Source of the DNA: Ranitomeya imitator
Taxonomy: Eukaryota
NCBI RefSeq assembly: GCF_032444005.1
Contig: NC_091283.1
Location: 311,364,001-311,428,000, forward strand
Direction: 5' to 3'
DNA length: 64,000 nt
A program made the translations under genes and the position numbers. Position 1 is the first letter of the stretch; each line of letters starts with the position of its first letter. Under the pieces are notes generated by a model, which had not been told where the DNA came from, searched no databases, and worked only from the letters and a program-made list of their open reading frames with translations. Below are positions 48,820 through 61,283 of this stretch, piece by piece.

Positions 48820-49405
48820 TCTCCAATAATCATGCAGGTGAAATTCGCCTGTGAGGAGAGTCAAGTCCCCTCTAGGTCGTCTGCTACCAGAAGAGCAATC
48901 AAGGTCCACATGCATGGGGAGATTAAAGTCACCACATATTATATTGCTGCCCTTCACATTCTCAAAGACCTCATGAAGGGTTGTTCTCAGGAATTTATGT
49001 TGTCCCTCATTGGGAGCATAAAGATTTGTCAACGTGTGTAACTCACCATTCAATAAGCATGTGATAGTTAAGCACCTACCCGTGGGGTCATTGTTTTGCG
49101 CTATCAATTTAAAAACGATTGTATTTTTCATCATGATGCACACACCAGCCTTTTTGGTTGGGCCATTAGCAAATAGAATGTGTGGGAAGAGGGGATGATG
49201 AAGCCTAAAATTTTCCTCGACCAACAAATGGGTCTCCTGCAAGCAGATAATATCTGCCCTCGACCGTTTCACCTCTCTCCACATCATAGATTTCTTCTCA
49301 GGGGAGTTTAAACCCCTGACATTCAAAGAAAGAATTTGTAAAGTCATGGTACCATTGTACTAAAGAATATACTGCTGGTGTTACCCAGTGACCCCACTGG
49401 CAGTG

Positions 49406-50217
49406 TGTTATGATGAGGTAATTCGGTACCACAATGGACATAGAGGTCAGAGCACATACAGTGACCTGACAATAACCCAAAAACATTGAACGAGCTCTGA
49501 GACGTGGGAACTCTGCTGACCACAATCCCTAATCCTCTCCAACCACACTAGAGGCAGCCGTGGATTGCGCCTAACGCTCCCTATGCAACTCGGCACAGCC
49601 TGAGAAACTAGCTAGCCTGAAGATAGAAAATAAGCCTACCTTGCCTCAGAGAAATACCCCAAAGGAAAAGGCAGCCCCCACATATAATGACTGTGAGTTA
49701 AGATGAAAAGACAAACGTAGAGATGAAATAGATTTAGCAAAGTGAGGCCCGACTTTCTGAACAGAGCGAGGATAGGAAAGGTAACTTTGCGGTCAACACA
49801 AAACCCTACAAAAACCACGCAAAGGGGGCAAAAAGACCCTCCGTACCGAACTAACGGCACGGAGGTACACCCTCTGCGTCCCAGAGCTTCCAGCAAGCAG
49901 GAAAAAATAAATAGACAAGCTGGAAAGAAAAAACAGCAAACAAAATAGCAAAGTAGAACTTAGCTATGCAGAGCAGCAGGCCACAGGAACGATCCAGGAG
50001 GAAACAGGTCCAATACTAGAACATTGACTGGAGGCCAGGATCAAAGCACTAGGTGGAGTTAAATAGAGCAGCACCTAACGACTTCACCACATCACGTGAG
50101 AAAGGAAACTCAGAAGCCGCAGTACCACTCTCCTCCACTAACGGAAGCTCACAGAGAGAATCAGCCGAAGTACCACTTGTGACCACAGGAGGGAGCTCTG
50201 CCACAGAATTCACAACA
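49406..50217 (-). mobile_element. Solo LTR (812 bp) of the tgttgtgaattc family, between L1 ORF1 and ORF2
   Basis: Reverse complement starts TGttgtgaattctg and ends cataaCA; flanks gcagtg / acagtg. Confidence 0.8.
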
Positions 50218-51195
50218 ACAGTGTACCAAAACTTATATACAAATAACTGCCAGTTCCATAATAACAATCAAAAATCAATATAGACAGAGAATGCCCGGGG
50301 ATTTGGAGAGAAAAAACCTGCAGGGAAGAAAGGGGAAGGGCAAGTATGTAGTAAAAAGAACCAAAAAATAAAACAAAACATAGGTCAATATACGAGGAAT
50401 CCTCGTAGGAACGTCCGGAACAGTCCAGACAGTCCGCAGAACAGAATCTGCGTGGAGGGGTGGAAGTGAGAGGTTCACAATCCAAAGGCCCACTGAGGGG
50501 TGCAGTAGGAGAGCTCAGCAATCCAGACACCGTCCGTATGGCACTGTCAAACCGTAGACCAGTCTGAGGCTATTTTCTTTCCTGTATCCGCAGGTCTGGG
50601 AACAAAGGGTATTTTCCAGGCCATAAGCCTCTCCTCTGCATGTTTAGGCGAGGGGCAGGCGACCGTGCGTCCTTCATAAGTGATAATCAAACGCACAGGA
50701 TTAAACCCCCATCGGTAACGTATGTTGATGTCCCTCAATGCTTTACAGACATGGGCGTTGTTACAGAACCCCCCAGCAACAAGAATGTTATACAGTATAT
50801 ATATTATGTATAATAGGTTCCATGTGAAATGCATCAGTCCACAGGCTGCGCCCCTGAACAAGATATTCTCTTTCTGACCTCCCCCCACCTTTGTAATTCC
50901 CACAGTAAATAGCGGCAGGCTCCGGCCCCCTGCGGCTATTGTAATGTATGCCTGGCCTGCTGTTTTCCTATTGGCCGGCCCTGTGTATATGTGTTATATA
51001 TTCTGTGTGCTGTAAATAAAGGGTGTTCTTAGACTGGAAATACGTGGAGAAGCAGGCAGCTTTTATATGCTCTCATGTAATCAAGAGATTCCTGCCAGCG
51101 TCATTCATTCAAAATCTAGCAAAAGCCAGAGTGGACCTTCTGAAACACCGGGTGGTACTGAAAGAGGTATCCCAGCTTGGTAGACCCCGTTACAC

Positions 51196-51214
51196 TGGTG
51201 GCAGACAGTGGGAT
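51196..51214 (+). promoter_or_regulatory. tRNA-Leu-like primer-binding site
   Basis: tggtggcagacagtgggat versus TGGTGGCAGCGGTGGGAT, the complement of a tRNA-Leu 3' end (recalled, not searched). Confidence 0.6.
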
Positions 51215-51246
51215 GTGATTTCCCTTCTACAGGAGAAAAGGAATGA

Positions 51247-52074
51247 ATGGAAGCCCGAGGGTTAATCGCCAGCAACAAAACAAAAGCGGATTTGATAGCA
51301 GCCATCATGGAACACGACAGTGCAGCGCCCCCCAATGTGAACGTGGAGGAGACTGAATTCCAGAGGGAGGTAAAGAACAGACTGGCGTTCTATGGCCCAA
51401 ACCCTGCAGTAGAGATCATACGAGAGGTGATGGCTGATGTGTGTACTGATCTGAAGGAAGAGATGGCCGAGCGGACCAGGATAGAGCTAACCAAGATGGA
51501 GAAGGCAGAGCGGACCAAAGTGGAGCTGGCCAAGATGGAGATGGCAGAGCGGAGAGAGGAGAGTCAGCGAGCAAGGGGAGCTCTGGCCTCCGCCCAGGTA
51601 CCTTCAACCGTAAGCCACAAAAAGATCCAGTATAATGCCTTCCGACAGTTGTGGGAGGCAGAGGAAGACATTGATGACTTTCTGCAGGACTTTGAGCGGC
51701 AGTGTGCCCTTCATCAAGTGAAGCCGGAGGAACGGGTTCAGATTCTGGCCAGCAAGCTGACAGGCCGGGCAGCGGACGCCTATCGCACGGTACCCGATAA
51801 GGACTGTATGGACTATGAGCAGATCAAAGAAGTGATCTTGGCCCGGTATGCTCTGACACCAGAGTCATACCGCCAAAAGTTCCGCGGACTTATAAAACGA
51901 GTAACCGATACCCACGCTGAATGGGCCTGTAAATTACGGATTTCACTGCTACAGTGGGTACAAGGGAGCCAAGCAACCACTAAGGAGGACGTCCTCCAGC
52001 TCTTCTTGTTAGAACAATTCTTTAATGGACTAAACCCCGAGACACAGGATGGCTTCGGGACAGGCGGCCAATGA
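51247..52074 (+). CDS. gag: Gag fragment with a SCAN-like capsid region, frameshifted downstream
   Basis: FLQDFERQC...KLTGRAADAY...YEQIKEVILARYALTPESYRQKFR...LFLLEQF. Confidence 0.75.
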   Translation: MEARGLIASNKTKADLIAAIMEHDSAAPPNVNVEETEFQREVKNRLAFYGPNPAVEIIREVMADVCTDLKEEMAERTRIELTKMEKAERTKVELAKMEMAERREESQRARGALASAQVPSTVSHKKIQYNAFRQLWEAEEDIDDFLQDFERQCALHQVKPEERVQILASKLTGRAADAYRTVPDKDCMDYEQIKEVILARYALTPESYRQKFRGLIKRVTDTHAEWACKLRISLLQWVQGSQATTKEDVLQLFLLEQFFNGLNPETQDGFGTGGQ

Positions 52075-52519
52075 CTCTTGAGGAAGCCGCTCGTCTGGCC
52101 GATGAACATCATGACGCCAGGAGGCCTCAGTTGTCCGGATCAAAGATGGTCACTAGGGGTCCGCCCATGGACCTGGAGGGCCCCAAACCACCGTAAATTG
52201 TAGGGGGACCAGCTAGAAACCCGGCCTACCACAGTTCCCCTGGGGCGCGATGCCACACCTGCCATCAGCTGGGCCACCTGCAAAGACAATATCCCAACCG
52301 GACTCAGCATACCCAGTGGCCAAAGGCGGTAACAGCTACCTTCCGCCAGGCCGCTGTACACTGCTACCAAGGCGAAGCTGACCCGGCATTGGGGGCTACA
52401 ACTAACCAAGGGGTGGAAGACATGGAGGAAGTGCTGCATGAAGTAGACCCCATGCAGGCAGCCCGGGCAGATAATCGACAACAGCATCGACAGGTCATGT
52501 GGGTTAATGAGAGACACAG

Positions 52520-54280
52520 GGACTAAGAGATTCCGGAGCAACTTTGACCCTTGTGAAGCCTCACCTCGTCCGGGTCCAAGAGAAGACGGACTGGACAGTG
52601 GCAGTCCGTGTAGCAAAGGGAGCCATACATCGACTGCCCACTGCCAGGATTCACCTGAACTGGGGAGTTGGGGATGGCCTTGTTGAGGTCGGCTTGATGG
52701 AGGATTTGCCTGCAGACGTTTTGCTGGGAAATGACTTGGGGCCCATGTTGTCTGCCTTCTCAGTTGCCCCTCTGGCTGAGACATATCCTGTGACCACCCG
52801 GAGACAAGCTCGAGCTGCGGAGGCGGAATCACACTCAGAGGAGGCCCAGGTAAGACATCCCAGCCCTACACGTATTCCCATAGCCAGACACATTTCTTGG
52901 GCCACCCCAGATGAATTTAAGAGGGAGTTACTTGAGGATCCTTCATTGGAGGGATATCGTGGGAAGGCACAGGAGGGGAGAGGGGTACTGGAAGGGGAAC
53001 AGTTTATATGGAAGCAGGGACTCCTCTACCGGATCACAGAGCAGCACCACACAGGGACGAGCCCAACTATAAAACGACAGCTGGTAGTTCCCAAGAAGTA
53101 TAGGCAGGAGTTACTGCGAATTTCTCATGACATACACTTGGCCGGGCACTTCGGCGTCAGTCGCACCAGGCATCGTCTGACACAAAACTTCTTTTGGCCT
53201 TGGGTAACCTATGATGTTCGTCAATACTGCCAGACCTGTGACAGTTCCCAGCGCATTGGCAAGAGGGGAGATCGATGCAAGGCCAAATTACGCCCCCTCC
53301 CCATTGTGGAGGAACCATTTAGCCGAGTAGCGGTCGATCTGATAGGGCCGTTAGCCAAACCCAGTCCGTCAGGGAAAAGGTATATATTGACAGTGGTAGA
53401 TTATGCCACACGGTATCCAGAGGCGGTTGCGTTACCTAACATACTGGCAGAGACGGTGGCGGCTGCCTTGCTCCAGGTTTTCTCACGGGTTGGATTTCCC
53501 CGGGAGATTATCTCAGACCAGGGTATCCAGTTTACAGCAGAGGTGACCAACCAACTGTGGAAGCTGTGTGGCGTAAAGTCCATTAGAAGCGCCCCGTACC
53601 ACCCGCAAACCAATGGGTTGTGTGAACGCTTTAACGGGACGTTAAAACAACTCATTGGGACTTTTACCAGGACCTACAGGGACTGGGAGAAATTCTTGCC
53701 TCACCTCCTGTTTGCCTATCGAGAGGTGCCCCAAGAATCCACGGGGTTCTCCCCATTCGAACTGGTATACGGGAGACGGGTAAGGGGACCCCTAGACTTA
53801 GTGCTAGAACACTGGGAAGGGGAGGGCACCATAGAAGGGGTACCTATTGTACCCTATGTGCTAGAATTCCGGGACTGCCTACAGGAGCTGACCCAGGCAG
53901 TACGTGGGAACATGCAGGTGGGCCAGCGGTGCCAGCGCGTATGGTACGATCGGAGGGCCAGAGAGCGCACCTTGGAAATAGGGCAGAAGGTCCTGGTGTT
54001 AGAGCACACTAGGCAGAACAAGTTCCAAGCTGCATGGCAGGGGCCCTACCAGGTAGTGGGGAAAATAGCCGACACCACCTATAATGTCACCGATTGTGAC
54101 GACCCCAGGGTTATCCGCATGTTCCACGTGAATATGCTGAAGCCGTATCGGGAGCGCCCTGAAGAGGTAGTGGCCATCTGTGCACCTGAAGCAGAGGATT
54201 TAGCCGGACTTCCCTTGCCTGATGTCTTAGGGGAGAGGACTCTAAAACATGGGACCAGGTACACTGGGGTGAAGACTTAG
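52520..54280 (+). pseudogene. pol: Protease end plus integrase of the Gmr1-like pol
   Basis: LRDSGATLTLV; H...GHFG...C..C; PFSRVAVDLIGP, ISDQG, PQTNGLCERFN; frameshift before the RT. Confidence 0.85.
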
Positions 54281-54465
54281 TTTCCCGGGAGAGACAGCAG
54301 GCGGAGGAGTTGTTGAGGCAGCGACAGAGGATGTTTTCGGGGAAACCCGGGTACACTCACCTGGCACAACACAAGGTTGAGACCCAGGATCAGACCCCCC
54401 TGCGACAACCCCCCTTCCGAGTCACTGAGTCTGTACGAGAAGGGATGCGACAAGAGATATAAGAG

Positions 54466-55291
54466 ATGTTGCGTTTAGGGGTCATTGAAGAGTCAGATAG
54501 TCCCTGGGCATCCCCCGTAGTGTTAGTGCCCAAGAAGGATGGGACTACACGGTTTTGTGTAGACTATCGTAAGCTCAATGAGAAAACAGTGACGGATGCG
54601 TATCCCATGCCGCGTGTGGATGACTTGTTAGACCGGCTGGCAGGGGCAAAGTATTTGACCACCATCGATCTATGCAAAGGCTACTGGCAGATTCCCCTTA
54701 GTCCTGATGCTATTCCCAAGTCGGCATTTGTCACCCCGTTTGGCTTATTCCAGTTTCGAGTTATGCCATTCGGGATGAAGACTGCCCCGGTGACCTTCCA
54801 GAGGCTGGCTGACCGGCTTCTGGAAGTATTAGACAGGATCCACAAGGCCGGAATCACCCTGAACCCAAACAATTGTCACGTGGGTAAAGCAGAGGTTCTG
54901 TATTTAGGGCATTGGGTGGGAAGTGGGAAACAGAGACCAGAACCAGCCAAGATTGAGGCCATAGCCAAATGGCCCACCCCATGCACTAAAACCCAGGTCA
55001 TGGCGTTTCTAGGGACAGCGGGGTATTACAGGAAATTCGTTCCCAATTACAGCAGCGTAGCCAAGCCCCTCACTGATCTGACCCGTAAGAACAAACCCCG
55101 CCAGGTAACCTGGACCCCAGAGTGTGAGGAAGCCTTCCGCCAGCTAAAGGACGCCCTCACCAATACCCCTGTATTGGCTGCACCCGATCCAACTAAACGT
55201 TTCCTTGTCCACACAGACGCTTCTATGTTTGGATTGGGGGCAGTACTAAGCCAAGTCGGGCCGGACGGCCAAGAGCACCCGGTAGCTTACC
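54466..55291 (+). pseudogene. pol: RT and RNase H start of the Gmr1-like pol, lacking the YxDD motif
   Basis: SPWASPVVLVPKKDG, FCVDYRKLN, IDLCKGYWQI, MPFGMK; jumps from QRLADRLL to EVLDRI with no YxDD; ends at HTDASMFGLGAVLSQ...HPVAY. Confidence 0.85.
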
Positions 55292-57173
55292 TGTTGTGAA
55301 TTCTGCTCTTGGGCTCCTTCCGGTGGTTATGAGTGGTAGTGCTGCTGTCTGTGGATCGCAGCATCTATCAGGTGTGTTCACTTTTTGCAATTTGAACTCA
55401 GCTATTTAGTCCTGCTTGATCCTTTAGTCAGTGCCAGTTGTCCATTGTTTTTGGAGGATTCACATCCCTTTCTGGTCTCTCCTGTTTGCTGTGCTTTTCT
55501 TCAAAGATAAGTCCTGGCTTTGTTTCTGCTGTCCACATGCTGTGGGCCTTATAGTTCTGTGCATTTTCATGTATTGTCTTGTCCAGCTTGTCTGTGAAAG
55601 GGTTTTTTGCAGCCAAGCGGTATCTCTGGAGATGCAGATATACCCTCCATGTCTTTAGTCAGATGTGGAGTTTTGTATTTTCTGTGGTGGATATTTTCTA
55701 GTGTTTTAATACTGAACGCATAGTTCTCTGTACTATACTTTCTATTTAGCTAGAATGGCCTCCTCTGCTAAATTCTGATTTCAGTCTGCGTATGTCATTT
55801 CCCTCTCCTCTCACAGTCAATATTTGTGGGGGGCTGTCTTTCCTTTGGGGATTTTCTCTGAGGCAAGATAGTTTTCCGTTTCTATCTTTAGGGGTATTTA
55901 GTCCTCAGGCTGTGTCGAGGTGTCTAGGGAGCGTTAGGTACATCCCACGGCTACATCTAGTTGTGTTGTTAAGTTCAGGGTCTGCGTTAAGTACAGGTAC
56001 CACCTTCTCCAGAGTACTTTATAACACAGAAGTTACCACGGAATATCACAGAATCTATGTCTATGCCATATATATATGTGACAAATTGTTTAAAATAGTG
56101 ATTCCAGGTACTCTTGTGAAAAGATGTGTGTTTACCACCACCACACGAAGTAAAGAAAACACTCCTACCCCGCGACTATAGACCTTCCAGAGATTACCAC
56201 CACACCAAGATCTTAATCATTAAAATAAATTTTATTATACAGTTCAAGAATAGCAACACTACAACAACATATAAAAGTAAAAACAATTACCAGTACGCAC
56301 CACAGGACAATAATATAATACCAATATAATATACAATATAATAGCAGCAATACCCAGAGCAATATAGATCCCTACCAATGTACTATGCAGTATCCAAATT
56401 TACTATATAGCAAGAAGAGCAATTTATACAGAAAATATTAATATGAACCAATAAAAAAAGGGAAACTACATGTAAAAATTAAAGTGTTTGGTAAAAAAAT
56501 ATATATATACGAAAATCCGTGAAAAAAACATAAAAATATATACATAAATATATAATATCTATATATAAGGAAATTGTGCCTATAAAACGGTCAATATATA
56601 TTCTGCCACACACTAGTGTAATAAAAAGGATATAAAAACAATAATCAATATGTTATGGTGCTATAAATCAAAGAAGAATATATTACATGCAAAATTATGT
56701 AAACCCAACTAATGACTATAACCAACTATCGCTTCCTTACTAAATGAGTAAAGATCACCTAAAAGGTGACTCAGCTGTAGGTGATACACTGAATCACTAA
56801 ACCGCTTGTGACAATAGAGTGCCCACTAAAAGTGCTATGTGCTGTGCATATAAGAAAACTATATATGTGCCGCAGAAGTATTGCTAGATCTAGTGCTAAA
56901 AAAGCTACGAGGGTTGCACGGGACACAATAGAGCACCGTGATAACTGGCGCACATAAAAAGTGCTATGTGCTAAGTGTATAAAGAATCTATGTGTGCCAC
57001 AAAAGGTTCTGCTATATATAGTGCTCAGCTGCAAGGGATACACATGATACTCTAGATCGCTGTGCTACCCGGATTACAATGAGGTACTTATATACTTATA
57101 ACAAATGCCAAGGGGGGATCTGAAAATATATTGCCAATGTATACCTTAGGGTCGCTGAGTCCTGTGGAAAACG

Positions 57174-57216
57174 CACCCCGACGCGCGTTTCGGATGATTT
57201 CCTTCGTCAGGGGGTG
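57174..57216 (-). ncRNA. Minimal hammerhead ribozyme, left-arm copy
   Basis: Reverse complement of 60151-60193. Confidence 0.8.
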
Positions 57217-58540
57217 TTCAGTCTTAAGTCTGAAGGGGGTTATATATCAGCGTTCAATCTATTCCTGGCGCCACTAGTGCCGGCGGCGCATGCGCGGTCA
57301 GGAGGATCCAGTGAGCCGACGTCACGCCCCACGTGACCGGACGCACGGGCCAGAGTACCCGGCGTTACCAAGGACACGGGGACGCCACAATTAGCGCACG
57401 GAACACAGACCTCACATGCGCTCCACCAGGGGCGCAGTATAGTAGGTAACGCTTTACCTTAGGTGTCCAAAGACATCTGGGTAAGTAAGTGTTCACACCA
57501 CTGAGCCATAAAGGGAAGGATTTATATATGTGCACTCATGGAAACTATTGCTGCAATAGAATAATTGCAGAGTATTTATAAAGTTTAAGTAGCAAATCTA
57601 ATTGGGTATACTTGATTACATAAACAGGGCATATAGGTACAATATGTGTCAAAATAAACGCCATATAGGGGGTAAAACCCACTACCATTATGATATTTTG
57701 AAAATATTATTTGTTGTTAACATGTGATCATATAGGAATTAACCAATATTAAAGTGTCCAATATGCCACGTATCCCTTACTTCTACCCAACTGAAAATTA
57801 TCCAATATCAATATTATTTGTGAAAATGTGTGAGCATAATAGCATATGTGTGGCAGAAATATATAAGTATATATACCTCGGATAACCTCCTATATAACAT
57901 AATCATCGGGCACAAAGACATGTGAATGGCATATATACATAATGTCAAGAAACAATTTATTCTTTTTGCTATCATAAAATATAAATATATACAAAACAAA
58001 ATAACATAAGTGTATATATCAAGGATATATCTCAATACCCTATATGATATCATATATGACCAATCAAGATGTATATAACAATACCTATATATATTGCTCA
58101 TAAAAATACAAAATGTCACAAAAAACTACTTTATACATAATCTGTCTGATGTTTTTGGATAAATATATGACTCTTTATTGTATCCAAATCTTCCCACTAA
58201 AGATGAATGACTTTCCACGGATCCACACCGTAGAAGAGGCGACCAGACGTCCTACAACACTCCATACAGGACACAAGGTAAGCAACAATCTAAAAAAGTA
58301 TAAAATGAATAAAAGTTAGATATTAAAACACAGACTACAACAAGATAAAAAAGACCTTCTTGATAAAAATTCTTGGTGTTTGTTTTAAAACCTACATTAA
58401 AGGAAAGGGGCAAAACTCAAATTTTCATTTAAGCCGATTGGTGCTACTGTATTCAGAACTGTATTCAGAAGGAGTCACAATTGTGATGGACCTTAAAATG
58501 CTTCGGAATGGTTTTCAAAAGTGTGAGATCACCCACATCT

Positions 58541-58971
58541 GCCCTAATATATCAAGAGAGCAGACATTTTGTAGTTCAGATGGAACCAATATTTTTCAAA
58601 TCAGACATAGTATAACTTGCACGTCTAAGGCAGTTATTTACTATGCGACATGTCCCTGCTCCTTGACATACGTGGGCATGACCACAAGGCAGCTCAAGAT
58701 ACGGGTCCGTGAACACGTTTTGGGTATTGAAGCGGCAAAAGATGTGGGTGATCTCACACTTTTGAAAACCATTCCGAAGCATTTTAAGGTCCATCACAAT
58801 TGTGACTCCTCGTTGTTCAAAGTGATTGGCATAGATATGATTGAAAATGGGGAACGTGGTGGACCTATCACAATACCATTATTGAAAAAAGAAACAAGAT
58901 GGATTTGGGTTCTGAATACAGTAGCACCAATCGGCTTAAATGAAAATTTGAGTTTTGCCCCTTTCCTTTAA
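58541..58971 (+). pseudogene. PLE GIY-YIG endonuclease C-terminal fragment
   Basis: ITCTSKAVIYYATCPCSLTYVGMTTRQLKIRVREH...KKETRWIWVLNTVAPIGLNE. Confidence 0.85.
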
Positions 58972-60150
58972 TGTAGGTTTTAAAACAAACACCAAGAATT
59001 TTTATCAAGAAGGTCTTTTTTATCTTGTTGTAGTCTGTGTTTTAATATCTAACTTTTATTCATTTTATACTTTTTTAGATTGTTGCTTACCTTGTGTCCT
59101 GTATGGAGTGTTGTAGGACGTCTGGTCGCCTCTTCTACGGTGTGGATCCGTGGAAAGTCATTCATCTTTAGTGGGAAGATTTGGATACAATAAAGAGTCA
59201 TATATTTATCCAAAAACATCAGACAGATTATGTATAAAGTAGTTTTTTGTGACATTTTGTATTTTATGAGCAATATATATAGGTATTGTTATATACATCT
59301 TGATTGGTCATATATGATGTCATATAGGGTATTGAGATATATCCTTGATATATACACTTATGTTATTTTGTTTTGTATATATTTATATTTTATGATAGCA
59401 AAAAGAATAAATTGTTTCTTGACATCATGTATATATGCCATTCACATGTCTTTGTGCCCGATGATTATGTTATATAGGAGGTTATCCGAGGTATATATAC
59501 TTATATATTTCTGCCACACATATGCTATTATGCTCACACATTTTCACAAATAATATTGATATTGGATAATTTTCAGTTGGGTAGAAGTAAGGGATACGTG
59601 GCATATTGGACACTTTAATATTGGTTAATTCCTATATGATCACATGTTAACAACAAATAATATTTTCAAAATATCATAATGGTAGTGGGTTTTACCCCCT
59701 ATATGGCGTTTATTTTGACACATATTGTACCTATATGCCTTGTTTATGTAATCAAGTATATCCAATTAGATTTGCTACTTAAACTTTATAAATACTCTGC
59801 AATTATTCTATTGCAGCAATAGTTTCCATGAGTGCACATATATAAATCCTTCCCTTTATGGCTCAGTGGTGTGAACACTTACTTACCCAGATGTCTTTGG
59901 ACACCTAAGGTAAAGCGTTACCTACTATACTGCGCCCCTGGTGGAGCGCATGTGAGGTCTGTGTTCCGTGCACTGATTGTGGCGTCCCCGTGTCCTTGGT
60001 AACGCCGGGTACTCTGGCCCGTGCGTCCGGTCACGTGGGGCGTGACGTCGGCTCACTGGATCCTCCTGACCGCGCATGCGCCGCCGGCACTAGTGGCGCC
60101 AGGAATAGATTGAACGCTGATATATAACCCCCTTCAGACTTAAGACTGAA

Positions 60151-60193
60151 CACCCCCTGACGAAGGAAATCATCCGAAACGCGCGTCGGGGTG
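60151..60193 (+). ncRNA. Minimal type I hammerhead ribozyme with intact core
   Basis: cacccc CTGACGA a gga-aatca-tcc GAAAC gcgc GTC ggggtg; 6-bp stem I; predicted cleavage after 60187. Confidence 0.8.
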
Positions 60194-61272
60194 CGTTTTC
60201 CACAGGACTCACCGACCCTAAGGTATACATTGGCAATATATTTTCAGATCCCCCCTTGGCATTTGTTATAAGTATATAAGTACCTCATTGTAATCCGGGT
60301 AGCACAGCGATCTAGAGTATCATGTGTATCCCTTGCAGCTGAGCACTATATATAGCAGAACCTTTTGTGGCACACATAGATTCTTTATACACTTAGCACA
60401 TAGCACTTTTTATGTGCGCCAGTTATCACGGTGCTCTATTGTGTCCCGTGCAACCCTCGTAGCTTTTTTAGCACTAGATCTAGCAATACTTCTGCGGCAC
60501 ATATATAGTTTTCTTATATGCACAGCACATAGCACTTTTAGTGGGCACTCTATTGTCACAACTCACAAGCGGTTTAGTGATTCAGTGTATCACCTACAGC
60601 TGAGTCACCTTTTAGGTGATCTTTACTCATTTAGTAAGGAAGCGATAGTTGGTTATAGTCATTAGTTGGGTTTACATAATTTTGCATGTAATATATTCTT
60701 CTTTGATTTATAGCACCATAACATATTGATTATTGTTTTTATATCCTTTTTATTACACTAGTGTGTGGCAGAATATATATTGACCGTTTTATAGGCACAA
60801 TTTCCTTATATATAGATATTATATATTTATGTATATATTTTTATGTTTTTTTCACGGATTTTCGTATATATATATTTTTTTACCAAACACTTTAATTTTT
60901 ACATGTAGTTTCCCTTTTTTTATTGGTTCATATTAATATTTTCTGTATAAATTGCTCTTCTTGCTATATAGTAAATTTGGATACTGCATAGTACATTGGT
61001 AGGGATCTATATTGCTCTGGGTATTGCTGCTATTATATTGTATATTATATTGGTATTATATTATTGTCCTGTGGTGCGTACTGGTAATTGTTTTTACTTT
61101 TATATGTTATTGTAGTGTTGCTATTCTTGAACTGTATAATAAAATTTATTTTAATGATTAAGATCTTGGTGTGGTGGTAATCTCTGGTAGGTCTATAGTC
61201 GCGGGGTAGGAGTGTTTTCTTTACTTCTCCAGAGTACGTGTCATGCTGCTCCTAGGCCACCAGATCATAACA

Positions 61273-61283
61273 GTACAACTGGC
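61273..61283 (+). promoter_or_regulatory. Putative self-priming primer-binding site of the second Gypsy
   Basis: gtacaactggc is complementary (10 of 11) to gccagttgtcc at 55433-55443, 30 nt after TATTTA at 55403. Confidence 0.65.

Larger units (their letters stand above)
45058..50760 (-). mobile_element. L1 LINE, disrupted (ORF1 C-terminus, ORF2, 3' UTR, poly-A)
   Basis: ORF1 KALRDINIRYRWGFN (50547-50760); EN SLNVRGLN, LQETHL, GDFN, YSRIDYFL; RT KAPGPDG, SLDAEKAFDRV, GTRQGCPLSP, YADD; AATAAA at 45082-45077 and an A-tail at 45065-45058; several frameshifts. Confidence 0.9.
50892..55291 (+). mobile_element. Gmr1-like Gypsy LTR retrotransposon (PR-IN-RT-RH order), cut at its 3' side by another LTR element
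   Basis: 303-bp LTR TGtaa...ttaCA (50892-51194), tRNA-type PBS, gag, then protease RDSGAT, integrase and RT. Confidence 0.85.
56018..61223. mobile_element. Penelope-like fold-back element E (~2.3-kb arms, 129-bp tail, 14-bp TSD)
   Basis: Arms 56147-58459 and 58909-61227; cttctccagagtac at 56004-56017 and 61224-61237; GIY-YIG remnant at the centre. Confidence 0.9.

Noticed and set aside
50759-50891. tgttaca start suggesting another LTR between L1 ORF1 and the Gmr1-like LTR
   Set aside because: Only about 130 bp with no second copy or CA end; cannot be supported.
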